In this document: piece by piece, positions 38,001-49,188 of the stretch | Position numbering within the stretch: the stretch's first letter is position 1 | Layout: the number at the start of each line of letters is the position of its first letter | Assembly: GCF_001194135.2 (NCBI RefSeq) | Contig: NC_069001.1 | Coordinates: 32,868,780-32,932,779, forward strand | Direction of reading: 5' to 3' | Length of the DNA: 64,000 nt | From: Octopus bimaculoides | Taxonomy: Eukaryota | Program-made: the position numbers and the translations under genes | Notes under the pieces: model-generated | Database searches by the model: none | What the model saw: the letters and a program-made list of their open reading frames with translations, nothing else | What the model was told of the DNA's origin: nothing

Positions 38001-39525
38001 ATTGTTCATCAATATTTCTCCAGTTTCTGTTTTCTTTAAATTTACGTATATATATATATATATAGAGTTTTTGATATATTTTCTAAACTATATGAGGGCT
38101 GTTTCTAGTAATGATATAAAATGATAAGGGTGATAAAATATTTGGATGTTAAAAATTCTTCTTTTGTTCTTCAGATGGTGCCAAGGAGGCTTTGAAAGAA
38201 TGGCATCTTCCTGACAATAAGGTGAGTGACTTTATGAAGCTGTCTTGTTTAATCTTCGTTTTAATTATTTCAAAATCTGAAATGCTATCTATTTTGTTCT
38301 TGTTGCTGTTTTACCTATCTGAGACTGAGCAAATTTATGATCTGAAGCAGTCCAGTCTTGACTATCCAGCCTTTTACTATATCCAAAACTATATTGTCTG
38401 ACATGTCCTTCTTTTATTTAAGATAGTAATGTTTGATTTGGTTGCCATTTCTGGTAGATTGTATGGCTGTGTTGATCAGACCATCAAATGCTGTTATATA
38501 CCACTGGTCACAATGCATTTCCTTGCATTGTTGTAGCTTTCAAAAGATGCCATCCAACTGGCTAGACAGGCATACCAACATTCCCCTTGAATGAAAAGCC
38601 AGTCCATCACAGAGTTACCCATTTACAGCTGAGTGAACTAGAGCAACATGAAATGAAGTGTTCTGCTCAAGAACACACCACACTGCAAGTCTGGGGATTG
38701 AGATCAAGATCTTAAGATTGTGAGTGCAACACCCTGGCCACTAAACCATTACAATGACCATTGCTTGGAAAAAAACAACTGCGTGGTGAAGGCTATGTTA
38801 TTGATTACTGGTCTGCTCAATCAGGATTTACTCAGAGCAAAACATCAATAGCAACACACACACACATACACACCATACACATGCACACATGACACCCCCA
38901 TGCACACACACATATACACATACATCACATGCACACACACACACATCACACACACAAACCCAGGCACTCTCTCTCTCTCTCTCACACACACACAGAGAAT
39001 ATTTTGTCAGAATATTTTGACTGGATATGGCTGGTTTGAATGCTAAAGGGTTAAAGCTCTTTTAAACGGCATGGACATTGCAAAATCCCTTTCCCCCATT
39101 TCTGCATCTCCTGGAAACAATAAAACTAATTATGAATTGATAGATATGAATAATCATTAAAACGATAAAGACACTAACTTTGCCCTACTAGGTGTGAAAG
39201 AATATATAATCTTTATTTTCAATGACTTTGTAGGTGTTGAAACAGAAGAAGAAGAACAAAAAGAAGTCAAACCAAAATCCTCCCTCTACTGACCAACAAC
39301 AGAAGCCTAATTCTCAGGGGCCAGTAAGCATCTCAAAGGTGGCCAATGATGTGGTCAATGGTAAGTGTTGAAGGTCACCCGGCTAAATTATTATGAACGA
39401 TGATGATGTTGTACTGTTTTTTTTAAATTTCATTTTGTTTTCTTTTTTGTTTTTTCCCTTTTTTTTTCCGTTCATTATTTGTTGTTGTTCTTTGTATTTT
39501 TATTTTATTGGCTGATGAAGATTGC

Positions 39526-39560
<35 letters not shown>

Positions 39561-42500
39561 ACACACAGGCATGCATGTGTATGTGTGTTTGTGTGTCTAT
39601 GTGTATGTATGTATGTGCAGATATTCTCACACACATACAGTACACTTGTTATGTAAGCTAGAAATGTAGATCACATCTTTTTGTTATGACTGTGTTACTT
39701 AAATCTACTCCAGTTTGTGGAAATACAAGCATTGTGTCCATTCCTAAGAATAATAAGTCTGACGCTGTCAACACCTATCCTATTGTTCTCCATTTCGACA
39801 TCATCGAAGTTGATGGAATTAGTCATAAACAACCGGCCCTTTTAGCACCTACAGGCTCTCTTCTTTTCTCAGTGACCAACAGTAAAGAGGTTTCCATAAA
39901 GTAGGATCTCTTTGAGACTTGTTCTTTTATATATCATACATTAGTGGTTTCTTGCACTTCTGAACTTTGATGAAGGCCTTCAACTTTATTTGGCATTAGA
40001 ACTCCTCCAACAGAAAATTTCCTCTAATCAGAAGTTTCCTATCACTACTCAGTTGCAGCATATACTGAGGAGGCCCTTTCTAATTCTGGCATACTCTCTC
40101 CAACTCTGGCATACTCTCTCCAGCTCTGGCATACTCTCTCTCCAGCTCTGGCATACTCTCTCCAGCTCTGGCATACTCTCTCCAACTCTGGCATACTCTC
40201 TCCAGCTCTGGCATACTCTCTCNNNNNNNNNNNNNNNNNNNNNNNNNNNNNNNNNNNNNNNNNNNNNNNNNNNNNNNNNNNNNNNNNNNNNNNNNNNNNN
40301 NNNNNNNNNNNNNNNNNNNNNNNNNNNNNNNNNNNNNNNNNNNNNNNNNNNNNNNNNNNNNNNNNNNNNNNNNNNNNNNNNNNNNNNNNNNNNNNNNNNN
40401 NNNNNNNNNNNNNNNNNNNNNNNNNNNNNNNNNNNNNNNNNNNNNNNNNNNNNNNNNNNNNNNNNNNNNNNNNNNNNNNNNNNNNNNNNNNNNNNNNNNN
40501 NNNNNNNNNNNNNNNNNNNNNNNNNNNNNNNNNNNNNNNNNNNNNNNNNNNNNNNNNNNNNNNNNNNNNNNNNNNNNNNNNNNNNNNNNNNNNNNNNNNN
40601 NNNNNNNNNNNNNNNNNNNNNNNNNNNNNNNNNNNNNNNNNNNNNNNNNNNNNNNNNNNNNNNNNNNNNNNNNNNNNNNNNNNNNNNNNNNNNNNNNNNN
40701 NNNNNNNNNNNNNNNNNNNNNNNNNNNNNNNNNNNNNNNNNNNNNNNNNNNNNNNNNNNNNNNNNNNNNNNNNNNNNNNNNNNNNNNNNNNNNNNNNNNN
40801 NNNNNNNNNNNNNNNNNNNNNNNNNNNNNNNNNNNNNNNNNNNNNNNNNNNNNNNNNNNNNNNNNNNNNNNNNNNNNNNNNNNNNNNNNNNNNNNNNNNN
40901 NNNNNNNNNNNNNNNNNNNNNNNNNNNNNNNNNNNNNNNNNNNNNNNNNNNNNNNNNNNNNNNNNNNNNNNNNNNNNNNNNNNNNNNNNTTCTGGCATAC
41001 TCTCTCCAACTCTGGCATACTCTCTCCAGCTCTGGCATACTCTCTCTCCAGCTCTGGCATACTCTCTCCAGCTCTGGCATACTCTCTCCAACTCTGGCAT
41101 ACTCTCTCCAGCTCTGGCATACTCTCTCCAGCTCTGACAAACTCTCTCCAACTTTGGCATACTCTCTCCAGCACTGGCGTCCTCTCTCCAACTCTGATAT
41201 ACTCTCTCCTGCTCTGGTGTACTCTTTCCAACTTTGGTATACTCTCTCGAGCTCATTTGTACTTCTCCAACTTTATTGTACTTTCTCCAACTCTAAAGTA
41301 CTTTCTTGATTCCTACTGTACTTTCTTCAGCTTTTGTGTACTCTTTCTAACTCCGTGTATTCCAATGTTCAGTCTTGTCTATGACACTCTTCTTCCTGTA
41401 CATTAACAATTCACTTACCATTACTTCTACTCTCTCTCTCTACACACACACAAAGAAAAAGAAGGCAATTAGAATTTTGGATAATTATTTATTTAGCACT
41501 TTCAGAAAGTCCTGTGGCCTGCAGTTTGTCCATGACTGCCTCAAAGGCTCGTTCTTGTGTTTGTGACACTCAGAGGAATTGGCAGTACACATGAAATTGG
41601 TTACGTGGGGTTGAAACTGAATCATGGACATGGCTTACCAAGCAGTTTACTTTCGTTTCACAACGTTCCTAAGTTTATGTAGTTAAAAGAGAGTTAAAAA
41701 ATAACTGAGAATATGAATTAAAATGAAGCTGTTTTGTGGTGTGTAGTTTGTCTTTTGTGTGATATATAATGAAACTATGCAATAATAATTTCAGTTTAAT
41801 TTCCCTATAAATTTGATTAGTTGTTTGGCAGCACCTCTGTTTTTTTTTCTTCCTTGTTCTGAGTTTTGTCTTTTTCTTCTCTTTCTTCTGGCTGTTCCAG
41901 GTGATATGCCTAAAAGGAACAAATCCACGGTTCGCATTGGGAAAAATGCGTCTCGAACTGGTGTTGTAATCTCATCATCTTCATCATCTTCGTCGTTATG
42001 TAGGGGGGAGTTACACACCGCTGCTGGCAAAGAAGTTGAGCTAACAACTACATCTCAGAGGGACCTCAATGGCGATTCTTCTAAATCGGATCTCCATACT
42101 AACAACGAATCTGAAATCCATAAGCAACGGTCTCGCCCTAAGTCTGGCCAAGCTGTAGCAAACAGTCAGACACATCAGGGTAGTAAGAAAGCTAGTGTCA
42201 TCACTTCTGCTAACTCTCTTCCAAAAACAGGTATATTTTCATATTCTAATCCTCTGAAATCTTCTAGCTAGCATGTACATAATGAGGAACTAAATAATAG
42301 TAATTATCAACTGAATGCTAATTATTTTTTACCCAGTCTCTATATTAATTAATGTGTTTCTAGGAAATTGGGTGAGGACAGCAATGTTGGGGAATGGAGA
42401 AGGGACCATCTGGAATTACTGTTGTAGGAATAAGTTAAGTATCCAGTGTTTTCATTGTTGTAAATGTAGAGTTTCTGTGGTAGTTGAATGAAACATAATC

Positions 42501-42927
42501 CTGGTGGTGGATACCTTTGAATGATGGACTGTTACACAGCAGTCATCATTGCTTCTTGAACAGAGGCCAGAACTTGGATTCAATGTCAAATTTGGTCAAG
42601 ACACCTGAGGATTGTTACCTGAGTTTTATAACAGGAATGTCTTCTTGTTGCTTTCTCTTAGAAAATAACAGGACTTGGATTCAGCATAGAAGATGAATAA
42701 AATACTCGATATTACTTTGCTAAGCATGTCAAAAATTTGGGGTAACTTGCATTCTGCATTATTAGATGACTTCAAGTAATAGATCACTTCATGAAGATTT
42801 AGTCTTCATGCATGGTGTTTAGAGTACAGAGGGGATTCCACATTATCTCAGGTACATTCACAGATGGTTTTGAAGTTAGCATTGCATGCTGTGTTAAAAA
42901 TTTAGAGTAGTTTTTTTTTTTGTTCCT

Positions 42928-42960
<33 letters not shown>

Positions 42961-45900
42961 TTTTAGAGAGAATAGAAGAGAGAGAGACTCATACTGCTGC
43001 CACATCTTGGACTGTGCTAATACTACACATACAAACATTCTAGGCTAAATCCCATCCACAAGATAAACCACATGACTGATTAGCTTAGAGTTAATCACCA
43101 ATACACTTCAACCTCTAACTTCTAAATCTGCTCTCCTCTTCTGATTTTCTACAACCTCTTCAAAAACCTCTGCTCCTTGGAGCTAGCTGGTTCTTTACCC
43201 CCCCCCCCCATTCAACTCCATTCATTAAGCTCATCACTTTTCTTCTCTTCACACATATTGCATCACCACCTCAAGGTCCTACACTCCCCACTTTATCTCC
43301 TATGTGCTTTTCGCAGAGAGTCAACCTTCTCGAATTTCCTCCCCACTGTTCCATGTTTTTTCTGTCGTTGTCAACTTGAAGTTATTCAAGAGCATCGGCT
43401 GGGCAATTTCATCAATCTCAGACAGCATACATATAGACACAGCTCCTTTCTCTCAATTAAAATGTTTAAAAGCCCTCCAAATATATCAGATTTTCAGAGG
43501 TGGTTACTACTAATATGGTTACTTCCTTTTTCCTGGTTTTTGCTCTGAAAAACTTGAAAGAAGTGCACTCCATGATCCATTAAATATTTCAGACGTGACT
43601 TTAATTCAGTTTCTTAGACTCATTTGGAAATACACTACAAGAAGAAGAGTCACTCTACCAACAGGTACAATTTGAATGACCTACATCAATTAATAACAAA
43701 TGTTACACCTACTTTTGGATTACATTTGGTACATCTCTCATACTTTGCTGTAATTGTGAGATTTGCTCCCCAGAAGAATATCTTAGCTGATATCTAATTC
43801 TGAGATTGTCTCTTATAAAGAATATGATGAATATTTACCTCTTTAGAATTAAGATTACTTTGCCAAATGTAATGCTTATTTATTCACATTACTTTGAATT
43901 AATCATGAATCATTTCATAGCTTTGATGATGTGACTGTGTATTTTTAGAATGACATTGCAGGGTAGGTGTAAGAGGTCAAATCTGGCCAGTTTGAACATA
44001 CAACAGGTTGAATAGTTTGGTCAGATATAGCTGGTTTAAATGCTAAAGGGTTAAATTGTATCCTCACATCTATGTTCATTTACAGACCTCAGCCCAAATA
44101 ATAAACTAACCCCTATACAATATTCCTTTACACAATATTTAAAGTGTTCCTGGTTAAGTGAGGTTTTTTTTTTTCATTGGTTTAAACTATAATTTTCTCT
44201 TATCTATTTAATTTTTGATTTTCAAAAAAAACTTCTGCATTCATTCATGTCTTGTTTTTGGTTTTATACTAATAAAAAGAGGAACTATTTTTTTAGTAAT
44301 TTTTGGCTAACTTAGAATGACCTTAGTTTGAAGAGTTGAGTCATTAAAATATGGCATTGTTTCTTAAGGCTGCAAGCTGGCAGAATTGTGAACACACTGC
44401 ACAAAATGCTTTGCAGCAGTTCTTTCAGCTTTGTGTTCTGAGTTCAAATTCTGCCAAGGTCGACTTTGCCTTTCATCCTTTTGGGGTCAATGAAATAAGT
44501 ACCAGTTGAGTACTGGGGTTGATGCAATCGACTAGCTCCTTCCACCAAAAATTTCAGACCTCACTCGTATAATAGAGCTATGCTTTCTTCTAAAGGCAGC
44601 AGGCTTGGGATTCCGTAGCAGATAGGAATTGAGAAGCTGTGATGAGGCAATCTTTCCTAAGAGCATTATCCCTTTTGTAACCATATTCCTTTTGAAATCC
44701 ACTGCTTTTCTTTCAATTAATTTTGAAAATAATGATGAATTTAATAAAATAATTCTCTCCTTATGAAGCTGGCGTTTGGAATGTAAATCAACATAAAAAC
44801 TTTGATGGAAGATTTAATTTAAATTTCTTTAAAACAAAAAAACATATCATAGAACCAGAAGCAGTCTCAATCAGTTTGGTATCAAAAATGAACTAATTCC
44901 AATGGGGCAAGGATGAAAACTGGGTTATCGGATTGGTTTACCAGGAAATTATGCTGCTACACTACACAAAAGACTAATACAAATGAAGTAATAGCAACTT
45001 ATTATACATTACATAGTTACAAGAGTCTCGAATTCATAGGAAGAGTGAAATAAGATTGGCATCTATAACAAGCCTTTTAATGACTGATTAAATGAAATTT
45101 CAGCTCAAATGAAATTTGAGTTGTTGAACTTATTTCAGCAGACACCTAACACCATATCTGATGATTTGCTCCAGAATGAAATAATTACTGAAATTAATTT
45201 CACTGACATTTCTTTCTTTTAAAAATGAATATTGTTTTGCAGGAAAACAGATATTATTTACTTTAGGTCTAGCAGTGAATTTTGTTTTCCTTTTCCTTTT
45301 GTTTCTTTTCCACAGATCAAATTTTTTTACAGAAATTGTCAACAAATTATTGCCTTTCCTTAAAGAGGGACAACATCAATTTCTCTTTTTTTTTTTATTT
45401 GGGGGAGGTGATTGCGTGGATGAGTGAATCTGGAAGAAACAGCTGAGATTGGAATGATTTAACCATGGATTTAATTGTTATTTGTATAAATGAAGTTTGT
45501 CTACTTTAAGGCTTCAGGCAGCTTGGGAATAAAGGAAGTTCATTAGTAAGACAATGAGACATGAACAATCAAATAAGAATATACCTGGAGCAGTTAGAAG
45601 AGAGTGCTGAGGTTAATCTAAAAGGAATGTGTAAAAGGATAAAGTAAAGAATGAGCTGAAACAAAGGCTGTGTATTTCAATAGAAATGTGCTAAAAATAA
45701 AAGGGTTAAACTGAATAACAAATGATACATATTTGAAATGGTGGTCACTCACAGGGTGATTCAAGGGTCAAAATATGTTCTCTGCATGATATTTTTTCTT
45801 TAAATTTCATTTTATTTTTGTACATTTAACCCTTTTACAGTGGAAATCAGATATATTCACTCAAAATTTCATTACTGTAGAAAGCAGTTTTATATATCAG

Positions 45901-48900
45901 TCTATCTTTTGTTGAGGAATGTCATATTTTAAACTTTTTTTTTATGTTGAGATTATGTCAAGTTTATTGAGATCATGTGACCTTGCAGAAAATACCAATT
46001 CTATTTTTTGGTAGATATTTAGCATTGTTATTAGAATAACCATGAAATTTAATTCCACAGTTAAAGGGTTAAAAACAAAAGGATAACATTTCTTTTTGAT
46101 TATAATTAACTTGGTTTGTGTTTTTTTCTAATCTTTATTTTCAATTTAATGGAATAATAATTTTTGAATAATTTTTTTTTGTCTTTTTTTTGGTTTTTTT
46201 TTTTTTCTTTTGAATTTTTTTTTGTATTTTTGTTTTGTTTTGTTGTTTTTGTTTTTGCTTTTCTTTTCAAGGAAATCATTGTTAAATTTTTTGTTTTCTC
46301 TCAGGACATTCTGGATCAACGAAAAGTGACAACAGGGTTGACTTGGGCCCAAATGTGGTGGCTAAGGTCAAGAAACCATATGCAGGTGTGAACATAAATA
46401 AATTTTCAATAAGATATAGTATTGATTTTCACTGATTTAGTTAATTTTAGCAGCGTCTAACCTGTGTTGAGCCATGTCTTTGAGACAAATTCACTAGTTT
46501 TGCAGTATTTATCAGATTGGTGCAGGCATAGCTCTGTGGTTAAGAAGCTCACTTTGCAACCATGTGGTTTCAAGTTCAATTCTATTGTGTGACACATTGA
46601 GCAAATGTGTTCTACTATAGCCCTGGACTGACTAATATTGTGTGAGTGATTTTGGTCGATGGAAACTATGTGGAAGCCCATATGGCTGGGTGTGTTTATA
46701 TTTACAATTGTTCCTTCCATTGTACTCTTTTTCTATCAGTTTCACTACATAAGTCTTGTCGATGCAGAACAACACTAGCCTCATTGGAACCTGTTTGATT
46801 TTCTTTTTACAGACACGCGCACGTGTGCACGTACGTACATATAATATCATGACCATCAGTTTACCTTCTCTTTTCCATGCTGGCAGGGATTGGATGGGTC
46901 TATCAAATTCCTTCCCTCTCTGACACAATACAGTAATCCCTTGCCTTATCACGGTTCACCTACCGCGGTTTATTATTTAAGCTTTCATCGATTCCTCTGT
47001 GGTGTTGTTTTGCATTTATAATAAAATAAATATATACAAATTATAAAAAGGATAAAGAAATATACACAGTACAGTACTGTTTCTACTTTGCGGATTTTCA
47101 TCTATTGGGGGGTTTTGGAACATAACAGTCGAGAGGTTACTGTTCTCTAAAGACAAAACTGTCAATCTTTGTTGTGAACAACTGATTTGAGAACATGATA
47201 TTTCTATGACTGGATACTGTTTCTACCACCAATCATTTGCCAGTATGGTTCGTGTACATTTTATAGCGTCACTGACATTTAGAGGGGATGTTTGCAAAAA
47301 TTAAAGTGTCTCCTCTACCTTGTATCATTTTTTTGTGTTTTATTTGTGTTGGGGTTAGTGTTAGTGTTAGATGGTAAGCACGTGAGGGCACATGGCTTAG
47401 TGGTTAGGGTGTTGCAGTCATGATTGTAAGATCATGACTTCAATTCTCAGACCGGACAGTGTTTTGTCTTCTTGGGCCAAACACTTCATTGCACATTGTT
47501 CTGCAACCACTTTGTGTGGCACACTGCACACCTGTACACGCACTGTTCATTTGATGGAAGGAATGAGATAATGTACAGCACAAACAAATCATCCGTGCAG
47601 GTCATTCAACAAGAAATTGAAGACCCCTCATCTGTGGTTCTCAACAGGGTCCATAGGGCCCCTGGAGGTTCACATAAGATTTTGTTGTTAAAATTTATCT
47701 GCAATAAATTGGTTTTACTTCCACTGTACACAAAGTATTTTAACAATATTTTATACAGTTTCTTATAATATTTCATTATAAAAATATGATTTTTTTAAAA
47801 CATTGAATGGCTGTGAGGGTTTATTTGAGTAAAATAGGAATCAAAGGGATTCATAGGAAAAAACCCCAAAACAAATGGTTGAGTGACAATGTAGTAGTGC
47901 AACATTAAGATGACTAAGTGTGTTGAGAGAATAGTGTGTTGATGGTGGGGGATAGATTAGATCATTCATGGACAAACTGCAGCCCACAGGACTTTCTGAA
48001 TGGCATGCCAACAAAAGACTACCTTCAATTTTTTTCAGTCATGTGGCTTGTCTGAAAGAGAGTCATGTCTCGTGTGAAAAGCTTCTTGTAAAAAGTTGTC
48101 CACGTCTGGGTTAGAAGAAGTATGAAGTAAGGATGGTAGGGAAAAGAGATGGTTGGTGGTGATGCTGTATTACATTGGCGATGGTGTGATTGGAAAATGT
48201 GTGACGTTTATAGCCCCTGGTCATACCTTGATTGAATTGACAAACCAATGGTCAAAGGTGATTCTGGCTATGACCGTCCCATCTTATTTTGAGACTCAGT
48301 GAATCCAAGACAACACTATTCCACATACCACTATCATTCTCTTTTTTAGTTGTGAAGCTTGCCTGAAGGGGAGCCATGTCTCATGTGACCTGCTTCTTGT
48401 AAAAGCTTGCTCATGCCTGGATTAGATAAAATATGAAGCAGGGGTGGCAGGGAAAAAAGATAATGGATAGTGATGCAGCATTACACTGACCCAGATGGTA
48501 ACCATCTAACTCTACTTTGTGAATCCAAATCTCCACTTCATCTTCTCATTTGGAATGGATTGCATTTTATGGCTGGATGCCCTTTTTACCATCAACCACA
48601 TGGATGTGAATGTGTGTGTGTTTATTTAGTTTCTCCACAAAGCGTTGATAGTTGAGCTGCTTTTGATGTTTGCTGAGATACTTTCTTTCCCTGAAGGATC
48701 CTATCATTACTAACTCTCCACTGCTACTTATATTGTTTTATAAACAATAGCTACTGCAATAGTCATAAAAAGAGATTTTAAGATTGGTAATTGAACAGAC
48801 AATCAGTGTGGTGGGGGTAGGTGGGGGTAGCCAAAGGTCTAAAAATAGAGATGCTGCATTAATCAGTGGATAATGTAAAGAGTCAGTGTTTGATGTACTC

Positions 48901-49126
48901 AGCCACTCCCACTTGGTTGCTATTGTTCTAATTGAAAAACAAACCTTCTCAAAGTGGTATTGCTGCTAATTTCTTTAATGAGTAATATTGAAAAACTTAA
49001 GTTACCTTGAGACAGGTGAATAAATTCATGCATGTGTGTGTTAGTGTGTATGTTTATATGTGTGCGCACATGTATTTATACATACATACACATGTATGCA
49101 TGCATATACACACATATACATGCAGG

Positions 49127-49188
<62 letters not shown>

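Larger units (their letters stand above)
1913..40989. other. Assembly gaps: 1913-2394, 3473-4362, 8618-8760, 10254-10371, 17147-17808, 26380-26675, 27957-28189, 40223-40989
   Basis: Runs of N, mostly flanked by simple repeats. Confidence 0.98.

Noticed and set aside
40084-41350. CRISPR-like array or repetitive protein ORFs (380-439 aa)
   Set aside because: The units are contiguous 20-bp repeats with no unique spacers, in a eukaryotic intron. The ORFs are mostly N and arise from a stop-free repeat.
43000-43680. Possible third decayed LINE fragment on the minus strand
   Set aside because: Only vague similarity to LRW.GH-type motifs; I could not recover a convincing translation.
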